From assembly GCA_963775425.1 (NCBI GenBank), contig CAVZJB010000008.1, positions 96,001-160,000 on the forward strand: a stretch of DNA of 64,000 bases, given 5' to 3'. The position numbers were made by a program, and so were the translations under genes. Positions 41,910 to 51,052 of this stretch are shown here, one piece after another; the stretch's first letter is position 1, and every line of letters begins with the position of its first letter. The notes under the pieces are model-generated. The model ran no database searches and was not told the origin of the DNA. It saw only the letters and a list, made by a program, of their open reading frames with translations. Origin of the DNA: an uncultured delta proteobacterium. GTDB taxonomy: Bacteria; Myxococcota; UBA727; VGSZ01.

Positions 41910-42824
41910 TCAGCCCGCCGGGCAGACCGACGTGTCCGTGGGGCACGCGGTCGCCGTCGCAGGGTCCGCGCCGCAGAAGCTGAGCCCCGGCACGCACGTG
42001 GCGCCGGGCGTGGCGATGAAGCAGCCGGTGTTGGTGGCGCTGGTGGTGACGTCGCAGGTGCCACCGACGTCGGCGCAGTCGAAGAAGAAGGGCTGGCCGT
42101 CGCTGGCGCCGACAGTGACGAAGCAGCCGAGCAGGAAGCGGCTGCCCGAGCAGGCGCCGGCCGCGGTGACCTGGCCGTCGGCGCAGGCGAATCCGGCGCT
42201 CACGCACGCGGTGCCGTTGCCGGCGCTGTTCACCGCGCAGCCCGCCTGGAAGCCCGCGCAGGGCACGAGGACGTTCTGGGTGGTGTCGTTCGGGTCCTGG
42301 AACAGGCAGGACTGGCCGGCGGGGCGCAGGCAGTCCACGCCGTACTCGGGCGTCACCTGGCCGCACTGGGTGCCCGCGGGGAAGCCGAGCGCGCTGTCCG
42401 AGCAGTCCTGGGTCTGGAGCGTGTTCGTCGTCGTGTCGCAGAACTCCACGGTGTTGCCCGTGCACTGGCCCTGCACCGTGACGGTGCCGCAGCCCGGCGG
42501 CTCGCCTTCGCCTTCGCCCTCGCCCTCGCCGGGGCCGACGTCGCCCTCGCCCTCGCCCTCGCCCTCGCCGGGGTTCACGTCGCCTTCGCCCTCGCCTTCG
42601 CCGGTGTTGCTGTCGCGGACGCAGTCCCCGTCCTGGCAGACGTGGCCGACGTCGCAGTCGCGATCGTTCTCACACTCGACGCACGCGCCGTCGACGCAGA
42701 TCTTGCTCCCGTGGCAGTCGCCGTCGGAGGAGCAGCCGGCGCCGCCGAGGTTCAACAGATCGAGGCTGCACGCAGGGAGGACGCAGACGCCGGCGACGGC
42801 GGCGAGGACGAGAGAGGTCTTCAT
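41910..42824 (-). CDS. Poly-GE Cys-rich lipoprotein, paralog 4
   Basis: Lipobox LPA-C; extra N-terminal Cys repeats; three GE runs; shared Cys domain. Confidence 0.82.
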   Translation of the reverse strand: MKTSLVLAAVAGVCVLPACSLDLLNLGGAGCSSDGDCHGSKICVDGACVECENDRDCDVGHVCQDGDCVRDSNTGEGEGEGDVNPGEGEGEGEGDVGPGEGEGEGEGEPPGCGTVTVQGQCTGNTVEFCDTTTNTLQTQDCSDSALGFPAGTQCGQVTPEYGVDCLRPAGQSCLFQDPNDTTQNVLVPCAGFQAGCAVNSAGNGTACVSAGFACADGQVTAAGACSGSRFLLGCFVTVGASDGQPFFFDCADVGGTCDVTTSATNTGCFIATPGATCVPGLSFCGADPATATACPTDTSVCPAG

Positions 42825-42914
42825 GCGCGCTGTGTCGCACGCTCGTCGACGAAGGAAACCGGGCGCTGTGAGAGCTGGATCACTCGAAGAGCGGCTCCCT
42901 CGCGGCGGCGCGCT

Positions 42915-43664
42915 TCACTCGCCTTCGCCTTCGCCCTCGCCCTCGCCCTCGCCTTCGCCTTCGCCTTCGCCTTCGCTCGGGCACACGCCGCTGGCGGGGC
43001 AGCCGACGACGTCGTTTTCGCGGCCGCACAGCGTGAGCCCGGGCGTGCACGCCGCCCCGAACGGCGAGACGCAGCCGACGCCGGAGACGCAGGCGGCGTC
43101 GAAGGCGTCGCAGTCCTGGAACAGCGGCTGCCCGTCGACGGAGCCCGAGCCGGCCACGATCCCGTGGCACTCGAGCACGTACGAGGCGTTGTTTTGCCCG
43201 GAGCAGCCGAGGGTGTCCGCCGCGCCGCAGGTGAAGCTCCCCTCGACGCACTCGAAGGTCCCGACGCCCGTGTGCTCGCAGCCCGCGTCCGCGCCCTGGC
43301 AGAAGCCGAAGAAGCCGTCGTTGCCGCTGCCGACGGCGCAGCTCCCGCCCGCGGGCAGCGCACAATCGGCGCCCCAATTTCCGTTGATCTCCTGGCACCG
43401 AGCGCCGGTGCCCGTGTAGTCGGCGAGGTCGCCGGTGCCGCGGCAGTTCTGGGTGACGAGGACCTCGGCGAGGCACACCTGCACGACGTCGCCGGTGCAC
43501 GCCCCCTGCGTGGTGACGTCGCCGCACGTGGGCGCGGGGTCGCCCTCGCCCTCGCCCTCGCCTTCGCCCTCACCCTCCCCTTCGCCCTCGCCTTCGCCGG
43601 GGCAAGCCCCACCGGCGATGACGAGCGCGGCGACAAGACCACACGACAGGAAACCACGAAGCAT
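42915..43664 (-). CDS. Poly-GE Cys-rich lipoprotein, paralog 3
   Basis: GGA-C-P-(GE)n, Cys domain, C-terminal (EG)n to stop. Confidence 0.82.
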   Translation of the reverse strand: MLRGFLSCGLVAALVIAGGACPGEGEGEGEGEGEGEGEGEGDPAPTCGDVTTQGACTGDVVQVCLAEVLVTQNCRGTGDLADYTGTGARCQEINGNWGADCALPAGGSCAVGSGNDGFFGFCQGADAGCEHTGVGTFECVEGSFTCGAADTLGCSGQNNASYVLECHGIVAGSGSVDGQPLFQDCDAFDAACVSGVGCVSPFGAACTPGLTLCGRENDVVGCPASGVCPSEGEGEGEGEGEGEGEGEGE

Positions 43665-43771
43665 CTGCGACACCCCCGGCCCGCGAGAGACGCAGTCTAG
43701 CGCGCCCGAAAACCGATTGCCGACCGCCCGGGCGCTCGCTGAACGCCCGCGGCGAAGGACGGCCCGGACAA

Positions 43772-43799
43772 GCAAAGGGCCCCTCGCGGGGCCCTGTGC
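43772..43799 (-). terminator. Intrinsic terminator
   Basis: Stem AGGGCCCC/GGGGCCCT after the 43821 gene. Confidence 0.55.
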
Positions 43800-43820
43800 G
43801 CTCACGAATGCGTCAGGCGC

Positions 43821-44612
43821 TCACTCGCCTTCGCCTTCGCCTTCACCCTCGCCTTCGCCTTCGCCCTCGCCCTCGCCCTCGCCTTCGCCTTCGCCCTCAC
43901 CGGCGCTGTCGGGGCAGGTGCCGGTGTCGGGGCAGGCCACGGCGTCGTTGGCGTCGGTGCCGCAGGCGGTGACGCCAGGCGTGCAGGTCTGGGTGAAGGG
44001 CACGAGGCAGCCGACGGTGTCCGTGCAGGTGGAGCCGGCGAAGTCCGCGCAGTCCACGAGGAAGGGCATGCCGGTGCCGGCGTTGGTGGTCACGAAGCAG
44101 CCGAGCTGGAACGTGGTGCCGATGCAGGTGCCGTCATCGGTCTGCGTGCAGGCCGTAGCGTTGCCGACGCAGCTGAAGCTCGCGTCAGCGCCCTGCTTGC
44201 AGCCGGCGGTGTCGCCGCCCTCGCACAGGAGGTCGACCTCGTTGTCCGCGCCGCCGTTGAGCACGCAGGTGTCGCCGGCGGGCGCCACGCAGTCGACGCC
44301 GTAGTCGGGGTTCACTTCCTGGCAGGTGGCCTGGCTGCCGGTGAGGTCACCCTCGTCGCCGGTGCCCTGGCAGTCCTGCACGACGAGGCTGCCCTGGAGG
44401 CAGAACTTGAGGGTGTTGCCCTCGCAGACGCCGGCGAGGTCGATGGTGCCGCAGCCCGTGTCGCCTTCGCCCTCGCCCTCGCCCTCACCTTCGCCTTCGC
44501 CTTCGCCTTCGCCTTCGCCTTCGCCCTCCGAGGGCGGACAACCGGTCGCCGTAAAGATCGCGAGCCCGAAGGTGGTGGTCAGAAGAGCGGTCAAAAGTGC
44601 AGGGCGAAGCAT
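43821..44612 (-). CDS. Poly-GE Cys-rich lipoprotein, paralog 2
   Basis: ATG-C-PPS-(EG)n, Cys domain, C-terminal (GE)n to stop. Confidence 0.85.
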   Translation of the reverse strand: MLRPALLTALLTTTFGLAIFTATGCPPSEGEGEGEGEGEGEGEGEGEGEGDTGCGTIDLAGVCEGNTLKFCLQGSLVVQDCQGTGDEGDLTGSQATCQEVNPDYGVDCVAPAGDTCVLNGGADNEVDLLCEGGDTAGCKQGADASFSCVGNATACTQTDDGTCIGTTFQLGCFVTTNAGTGMPFLVDCADFAGSTCTDTVGCLVPFTQTCTPGVTACGTDANDAVACPDTGTCPDSAGEGEGEGEGEGEGEGEGEGEGEGEGE

Positions 44613-44695
44613 GTGGGAGGCCTCCAATGGAGGGCTTCCTAACCCGCGATCTGGCGTTCGTCACGGACAATTCGCCCCGGGTCGGTCAAAAGACC

Positions 44696-45406
44696 TTACT
44701 CCCCTTCGCCCTCTCCTTCGCCTTCGCCCTCGCCTTCGCCTTCGCCGGCGGCGGCGGGGCAGGCGCCGTCGGCGGGGCAGGCGGTCGGGGCGTCGGGGTC
44801 GCCGCACTGGGTGAAGCCCGGGGTGCACGGCGCCTCGGGCTCCGCGATGCAGCCCCCGGGGGCCTGGCAGCTGGCGCCGAAGGAGGCGCAGTCGATGAGC
44901 GTGGGCTGCCCGGGGGTGTCGCCGGTGTCGCCGAGGCAGGTCTTCACGGCGCGATCGCCGATGCACTGGAAGTCGCTGGTGCAGCCCTCGTTGATCTGGA
45001 GGCAGAAGCCCGCGGTCGTCGACGTGATGACGCACGCGAAGCCGTCGCCGGCGCAGGGCAGGGCGCCGTCGGCGGCGTCGAAGCAGGAGGCGTCGGTGGG
45101 GACGCCGCAGTCGACGCCGTGGGCGTCGTTGACCACGAAGCACTGGGCGTCGTCGCGGACCGCGGCGCAGTCGAACTCGATGACGCCGCCGTCGGCGCAG
45201 AAGGACCCCGACGTCGCCGAGGTGCAGCTCCCTTGATCGGTCACGGCGCCGCAGGTGCCGTCGCCCTCGCCCTCGCCCTCGCCCTCGCCGGCGTCGCCCT
45301 CGCCCTCGCCCTCGCCGGCGTCGCCCTCGCCCTCGCCCTCGCCGCCTGGGGTCGGTGGGCACGCGGCGGCGAGCATGGTGACGACGAGGACGCAGAGGAG
45401 GCGCAT
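44696..45406 (-). CDS. Poly-GE Cys-rich lipoprotein, paralog 1
   Basis: LAAA-C-PP, GE runs, Cys domain, C-terminal (GE)n to stop. Confidence 0.82.
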   Translation of the reverse strand: MRLLCVLVVTMLAAACPPTPGGEGEGEGDAGEGEGEGDAGEGEGEGEGDGTCGAVTDQGSCTSATSGSFCADGGVIEFDCAAVRDDAQCFVVNDAHGVDCGVPTDASCFDAADGALPCAGDGFACVITSTTAGFCLQINEGCTSDFQCIGDRAVKTCLGDTGDTPGQPTLIDCASFGASCQAPGGCIAEPEAPCTPGFTQCGDPDAPTACPADGACPAAAGEGEGEGEGEGEGEGE

Positions 45407-45485
45407 GCCGGGGAGGTTAGCCCCTTGCCCGACGGCGCGCGAATCGGCATCACGCCACATTCCACCGTTTTCCAAGAGGGCAGAG

Positions 45486-46382
45486 ATGGCTGAGATCACG
45501 GCGTCGATGGTGAAGGAGCTCCGCGAAAAGACCAACGCGGGGATGATGGACTGTAAGAAGGCGCTCACGGCCACGGAGGGCAACTTCGAAGCCGCCGTGA
45601 ACTGGCTGCGCGAAAAGGGGCTCGCCGCCGTCGCCAAGAAGGCGGGGCGTGTGGCGGCCGAAGGGCTCGTCGGCGTGGTCAACGACGGCGGCGTCGCGGC
45701 CATGGTGGAGGTGAACTGCGAGACGGACTTCGTCGCCAAGAACCCCGAGTTCCAGGCGTTCGTCTCCGACCTCGCGGGCGCGGTGGCCAAGGCGGCCCCG
45801 AAGGACCTCGCGTCGTTCCAGGAAAAGGAGAAGGACAAGCTCGCCGAGAAGATCGCCAAGATCGGCGAGAACATGACCATCCGCCGCTTCGCGCGGGCGG
45901 AGGGCGTGCTCGGCAGCTACGTGCACATGGGTGGCAGCATCGGCGTCATCGTCGAGCTCGACGTCAAGGACGCCGACAAGGCGGCCTCGGAGACCGTCAA
46001 GCAGCTCGCCCGCGACATCGCCATGCAGGTGGCGGCGTCGAGCCCGCAGTGGCTGCGCCGGGACGAGGCCGACCCGAAGATCCTCGACAACGAGCGGGCG
46101 GTGGCGCGCGAGAAGGCCAAGCAGGACGGCAAGCCCGAGAAGATCCTCGACAAGATCGTCGAGGGGCAGGTGAACAAGTTCCTCCAGGAGAACTGCCTGC
46201 TCGAGCAGGCCTTCGTGAAGGACGACAAGCTCACCGTGCAAAAGCACGTCGACAAGCAGGCCAAGGAGCTCGGCACCACCATCGCGGTGAAGGCCATGCA
46301 CCGCTTCAAGGTCGGCGAGGGCATCGAGAAGAAGGCCGACGACTTCGCGGCTGAAGTCGCGAAGATGGCTGGTACAAACTGA
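45486..46382 (+). CDS. tsf: Translation elongation factor Ts
   Basis: MVKELREKTNAGMMDCKKAL, EVNCETDFVAKN, KPEKILDKIVEG. Confidence 0.98.
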   Translation: MAEITASMVKELREKTNAGMMDCKKALTATEGNFEAAVNWLREKGLAAVAKKAGRVAAEGLVGVVNDGGVAAMVEVNCETDFVAKNPEFQAFVSDLAGAVAKAAPKDLASFQEKEKDKLAEKIAKIGENMTIRRFARAEGVLGSYVHMGGSIGVIVELDVKDADKAASETVKQLARDIAMQVAASSPQWLRRDEADPKILDNERAVAREKAKQDGKPEKILDKIVEGQVNKFLQENCLLEQAFVKDDKLTVQKHVDKQAKELGTTIAVKAMHRFKVGEGIEKKADDFAAEVAKMAGTN

Positions 46383-46386
46383 CGGC

Positions 46387-47676
46387 GTGACCCCGCTGCT
46401 CCTCGCCCTCGCCCTCGCCTCCCCTCCCGGGGACGCCGGCGCGGGCGGGGCGCCGCCCTACGCGGACGCGGCGCGCGCGGCCGCTGGCGGCTCGTCGTCG
46501 TCGTCGTCGCCGCCGTCGCCGGCGCCGTCGTCGGCGCCGCCAGGAGCGGGCGACGAGGTCATCCCGCCGGCGCGGCTGGTGTACGTCCCGGGCCGGTTCG
46601 CCGGCGTGTGCCCCACCGAGGTCGAGGTGCAAGAGGGCGTGACCCGGCGCCTCGGACGCTCCCCGTTTTCCGAGCCCGCCGAGCGCGTCATCGTGCTCGC
46701 CCTCGAGGGCGACGCACACGCCGCGCGCCAACACCACGCGAACGGCGACGCCGTCGAGGGGGCAGACGGCGACGGCGACCGTGGCGGCGACCGTGGCGGC
46801 GGCGACGGCGGCGTTGGCGACGGCCGCGCCACGGACGGCGACCGTGGCGGCGTCGGCGAGACGCCCGCCCGCGCGCGCACCGAGATGTTCGACGCGGAGA
46901 TGACCAGCCTCGGGGCGCGCACCCTCGAGTCAAGCGACGGCTGCCGCGATCTCGTCGAGGCCGCCGAGCTCGCGATCTCCATCGCCCTCGCCCCCGGGCT
47001 TGCGCTCGCGCCGCCGCCGGAGCTGCCCAAGCCCATCGAGCCTCGCGGCGACCCCCCGCCCGCGCCCGCGGCGGCCCCGGACACGACGCCGGCGGCCGCT
47101 CCCTCCGATCGCTCGAACGCAGGCGCGCACGCGTGGCTGCCCGAGGGCGCCAGGCTCATGCTCGGCATCGGCCTCAACGCGTCGTTGCTCCTCGGGCCCG
47201 AGTCGGCGGCGGGGGCGAACGTGAGCGCCGCGCTCCGCTTCGACCAGCTGGAGGTGCGCCTCGAGCGACGCGAGCACGTGCCCGGCCTGGACACGCTGCT
47301 CCCCGCCGGGCCCGTGCTCCACGGGGCCGGCGTCTACACCCTGGCGGGCTGCGGGCACCTGCCGCTCTTCGCGCTCGTCGGCGACGGCGACCGCACGGAG
47401 CTCAGCGCGTGCGCGACGGCGTCGGCGGGCTCGGTCTGGGGCATCGGCAACATCACCAACGTCGGCCCCTACGTCGGCGGCTCCCCCTACGCCGGCGCCG
47501 GCGGCCGCGTCGCCGCAGGCTGGAGCGGCAAGGACCTGACGTCGCTGCGCCTGTGGACGCAGGTGGAGGCGAACCTCGTGGAGCCGCAGTTCGCGGTGTT
47601 GAACGGCACGCCCCCCTGGAAGCAGGACGCGCCGGTGAACGTCACCTTCGGCGTCACCTACGAGATCCCGTACTGA
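46387..47676 (+). CDS. Secreted protein with probable C-terminal beta-barrel
   Basis: Signal peptide; C..LVEAAELAISIAL; Pro linker; terminal VTFGVTYEIPY. Confidence 0.6.
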   Translation: MTPLLLALALASPPGDAGAGGAPPYADAARAAAGGSSSSSSPPSPAPSSAPPGAGDEVIPPARLVYVPGRFAGVCPTEVEVQEGVTRRLGRSPFSEPAERVIVLALEGDAHAARQHHANGDAVEGADGDGDRGGDRGGGDGGVGDGRATDGDRGGVGETPARARTEMFDAEMTSLGARTLESSDGCRDLVEAAELAISIALAPGLALAPPPELPKPIEPRGDPPPAPAAAPDTTPAAAPSDRSNAGAHAWLPEGARLMLGIGLNASLLLGPESAAGANVSAALRFDQLEVRLERREHVPGLDTLLPAGPVLHGAGVYTLAGCGHLPLFALVGDGDRTELSACATASAGSVWGIGNITNVGPYVGGSPYAGAGGRVAAGWSGKDLTSLRLWTQVEANLVEPQFAVLNGTPPWKQDAPVNVTFGVTYEIPY

Positions 47677-47726
47677 GCGGATGACCCGGGCGTTCGTCGC
47701 CGGACCCGGCGACCCGATCGAGCGCG

Positions 47727-47836
47727 GCCGCTCCCTCCGGTCGCCGATCAGCGCGCGGCCGCTCCCTCCGGTCGCCGATCAGCGCCGCTCCCTCCGGTCG
47801 CCGATCGAGCGCGGCCGCTCCCTCCGGTCGCCGATC
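47727..47836 (+). repeat. Four copies of GCCGCTCCCTCCGGTCGCCGATC
   Basis: Direct tandem copies between convergent genes. Confidence 0.88.
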
Positions 47837-47841
47837 AGCGC

Positions 47842-48714
47842 TTAGCGGGAGAGCGCCGCGTCCACGGCGCCGAGGAACAGGCTCGCGGGGTAGCGCTCGT
47901 GGAACGCGTCCGCGGTCTTGTGCGCCTCCGCCGTGCGGCCGAGCTTGGCCAGGGCCATCACCGTCAGCGCCTCGCGCTCCTCGACGAGCGCGCCGTTCGG
48001 ATAGCGCCTGCGGTGGGCCTCGAGCGCGATCAGGGCGGCCCCGCCGTCGCCGCGGCCGACGGCGGCGCGCGCGTCGTCGAGGATGGTGCGCTCGCCGGCG
48101 AGCCGCGCGGCCTTCTCGGCGGGCGTCTCCACGGCCGCGGGCGCCGCGGCGTGCGTGAGGCCTTCGGTGCCGTCGCCCCCGTCGCCCACCTCGGAGGGCG
48201 CGGGGCGCGTGTGCCGCGTGGCGACGTGGCGGGGTTGCGGCTCCGGCACCGGCTCCGGCTTGTTGCCGAGGACGGAAGGGTCGAACGCCGACGCCGTGGC
48301 CGCCGCGGGATCGTCGACGACGACGGCCGCCGGCTTGCGGTCGTCGTCGTCGCGCTGCGCGAGGTAGACGCCGGTGCCCGCGGTGCCGGCCATGGCGGCG
48401 ACGAGGGCGAAGGCCAGGCCCTTGGCGAGCGCGCCGCCGGTGGCGGTCACCGCGGCCCCGCTCGCTGCGCCCGCAGCGCCTCCCGCGACGGCGCCTCCTG
48501 CGACGGCGCCTCCCCCGGCGGCGGCGGACGTCGCGCCGGCGGCGCCCTTGGCGGCGAGCGCGGCCTTGCCGGCGCCCGCCCCCGTGAGGCCGACGCCGAT
48601 GGAGGCGGCGAGCGCGGCGTGGACGCGCTCCTTGGCGCCCGCCGGCGGGCCGTCGCGGCGGCGCTCGGCGTCGAAGAGGTCGCGCAGATCGGGGGACAGC
48701 TCGTCGTCGATCAC
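47842..48714 (-). CDS. Putative anti-sigma factor (TM helix + C-terminal TPR-like domain)
   Basis: Coupled to ECF sigma; HRRRYPNGALVEERE, FHERYPAS. Confidence 0.75.
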   Translation of the reverse strand: MIDDELSPDLRDLFDAERRRDGPPAGAKERVHAALAASIGVGLTGAGAGKAALAAKGAAGATSAAAGGGAVAGGAVAGGAAGAASGAAVTATGGALAKGLAFALVAAMAGTAGTGVYLAQRDDDDRKPAAVVVDDPAAATASAFDPSVLGNKPEPVPEPQPRHVATRHTRPAPSEVGDGGDGTEGLTHAAAPAAVETPAEKAARLAGERTILDDARAAVGRGDGGAALIALEAHRRRYPNGALVEEREALTVMALAKLGRTAEAHKTADAFHERYPASLFLGAVDAALSR

Positions 48715-49406
48715 GCGAGCCCCCTTCCGTCCGCCGCGTGCAGCGCCTTCACCGCCGCGGCGAAGTCCGCGCGGGCGGCGCGCAGGCGCGCATAGAGGGT
48801 GTTGACGTTCACGGCGAGGGTCGCGCCAATCTCGGGCATCGCGTAGCCCTCGATGTCGTGCAGCACGAGGACGGTGCGGCGATCGAATTCGAGGTGGTCG
48901 AGCGCGCGCAGCACGAGCGCGCGCCGCTCCTTGTCGGAGAGGGCGGTGTCGGCGGAGGGGATGGTGCTTTGCGCTTCCATCTCGACGTCCTCGGTCACCA
49001 CCTCCCGCCGGTGCTGGGCGCGCCGGCGGAACTCGGACGCGACCCGCGCGGCGATGCCGGCGAGCCAGGGTTTGATCGGCCTGTCGGGATCGTAATCCGC
49101 GAGGCGCCGGTGGACGACGAGGAAGACGTCATGGACGGCGTCCTCGAGGTCGCGGTCCCACACGCCGAGGCGCTTCAAGCAGGTCCACACGTAGCCGAAG
49201 CACTGCTCGTACACCTCCGGCAGAGCCGGTCTCGTGGCCGGCCTCGCTGACGCTCCGTCGCGCGCGCCCGGAGCGGGATCTCCGGGCACCGGGGGGCGGG
49301 CGTCGACGGGGCCGCTCGCGGGCGCTGTCTGCACATCCGGGTCTTGGCGCCCGCCCGGCAGATCTGTGTCAGGCGCGCTCGCGCTGGGATCGGCGGGGTC
49401 CCCCAT
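48711..49406 (-). CDS. ECF sigma-70 factor
   Basis: DLEDAVHDVF, KPWLAGIA, VLVLHDIEG..EI..NTLYARLRAAR. Confidence 0.9.
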   Translation of the reverse strand: MGDPADPSASAPDTDLPGGRQDPDVQTAPASGPVDARPPVPGDPAPGARDGASARPATRPALPEVYEQCFGYVWTCLKRLGVWDRDLEDAVHDVFLVVHRRLADYDPDRPIKPWLAGIAARVASEFRRRAQHRREVVTEDVEMEAQSTIPSADTALSDKERRALVLRALDHLEFDRRTVLVLHDIEGYAMPEIGATLAVNVNTLYARLRAARADFAAAVKALHAADGRGLA

Positions 49407-49509
49407 GGGAGGTCGGACGTAGCAGCCCCGTGCGGCAATCACACGGGGGCACGGATCTGTCCGGGAGGCGCCAACCGCGCTGCAGAACCATGAACCCATG
49501 AGGTCCTGC

Positions 49510-50241
49510 ATGCTGCCCCGCTCCCTGCTGCTCCTGTCCCTCGCGCTGCCGCTCGCCGGCACCACGGCGTGCCGCTACTACGGCTTCGGCCCCGGCGACT
49601 CCGCGGCCTGCCTCGAAGACGACGACGGCGACGGCCTGTCCAACTGCGCCGAGCGGCAGTGCGGGACCGATCCGAACAACCCCGACACCAACGGCGACGG
49701 CATCACCGACGGCAACGAGGACAACGACGGCGACGGCGCCAGCAACCAGGACGAGGTCGACGCCGGCACCGATCCCAACGATCCCTCGAGCTGCCCGACC
49801 CCGTCCGAGGGCGAAGGCGAGGGCGACGCCGCCGGCGAGGGCGAGGGCGAGGGCGACGCCGCCGAAGGCGAGGGCGAAGGCGAAGGCGACACCGGCGCCG
49901 TCGACAGCGACGGCGACGGCCGCACCGACGACCAGGAGGCCGAGCGCGGCACCGATCCGAACAACCCCGACACTGACGGCGACGGCTTCACCGACGGCCA
50001 GGAGTACGACTGCGGCAGCTCGCCCCTCGACCCGTACATCACCTGCCCCGTCACCGACAGCGACGGCGACGGCTTCGCCGACGACGACGAGGTCGCCCGC
50101 GGCACCGACCCCAACAACCCCGACACCGACGGCGACGGCGAGACCGACAAGCAGGAGGTCGACTGCGGCAGCTCGCCCCTCGACCCCTACTTCACCTGCG
50201 AGAACCTGCCGAACCCCGGCCCGAACCCCGGTTGCCCGTAA
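49510..50241 (+). CDS. Lipoprotein with bacterial TSP3 Ca-binding repeats and GE runs
   Basis: TTA-C lipobox; repeated GTDPNNPDTDGDG. Confidence 0.85.
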   Translation: MLPRSLLLLSLALPLAGTTACRYYGFGPGDSAACLEDDDGDGLSNCAERQCGTDPNNPDTNGDGITDGNEDNDGDGASNQDEVDAGTDPNDPSSCPTPSEGEGEGDAAGEGEGEGDAAEGEGEGEGDTGAVDSDGDGRTDDQEAERGTDPNNPDTDGDGFTDGQEYDCGSSPLDPYITCPVTDSDGDGFADDDEVARGTDPNNPDTDGDGETDKQEVDCGSSPLDPYFTCENLPNPGPNPGCP

Positions 50242-50393
50242 GGCTGGCGCGCTTCGCGCGGGGCCCTCCGGGCCCCCCACGCGCTTCGCGCGCGGGCCCC
50301 CCCGGCTTGCTGGGGTGCCTTGATGGGCCCGCTCGCGGTGCTCGCGCTCGCGCGAGAGGCGTACGCCCCGCCGAAGATGACGCGGCGCCAACG

Positions 50394-50462
50394 GCGCGGC
50401 GGAGCCGGCCTCGCAGCGGACTGCGGCGGCCGGCTCCGCCGCGCTCCCTCTTGGGGGCTTGA
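50394..50462 (+). repeat. Long-hairpin element ending CTCCGCCGCGCT..GGGCTTGA, copy C
   Basis: Perfect 17-bp arms 50394-50410/50428-50444. Confidence 0.6.
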
Positions 50463-50464
50463 GC

Positions 50465-51011
50465 GTCGGGAGACCCGGCCGACGGCCGCCCTACGTGCCG
50501 ATGCAGCTCGCGACGCGGGGCACGTCGACGATGCACGTTCGCGACGTCCCGTAGAACGGGGCTCGTCCCCCGCGTCGGGAGACCCGGCCGACGCGATGCA
50601 GCTCGCGACGTCGTTCGCGACGTCCCGTAGGGCGGGGGCTCGTCCCCCGCGTCGCGAGACCCCTCCGACGCGATGCAGCTCGCGACGTCGCTCGCGACGA
50701 CCCGTAGGGCGGGGGCTCGTCCCCCGCGTGGGGAGACCCGGCCGACGCGATGCAGCTCGCGACGTCGTTCGCGACGACCCGTAGGGCGGGGGCTCGTCCC
50801 CCGCGTCGCGAGACCCGGCCGACGCGATGCAGCTCGCGACGTCGTTCGCGACGACCCGTAGGGCGGGGGCTCGTCCCCCGCGTGGGGAGACCCGGCCGAC
50901 GCGATGCAGCTCGCAACGTCGCTCGCGACGACCCGTAGGGCGGGGGCTCGTCCCCCGCGTCGCGAGACCCGGCCGACGCGATGCAGCTCGCGACGTCGTT
51001 CGCGACGACAC
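50465..51011 (+). repeat. Tandem array of 77-bp GTAG-REP units (6 units + partial)
   Basis: GTAG at 50551, 50627, 50704, 50781, 50858, 50935, each followed by hairpin GCGGGGG-ctcgt-CCCCCGC (first copy degenerate). Confidence 0.9.
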
Positions 51012-51052
51012 GTGAGCCGATATCGCGCGCCGCTCGCGGGCGCGTCGCGGCT

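Noticed and set aside
50465-51011. CRISPR array
   Set aside because: Inter-hairpin segments are near-identical rather than unique spacers; no cas genes; units fit GTAG-REP structure
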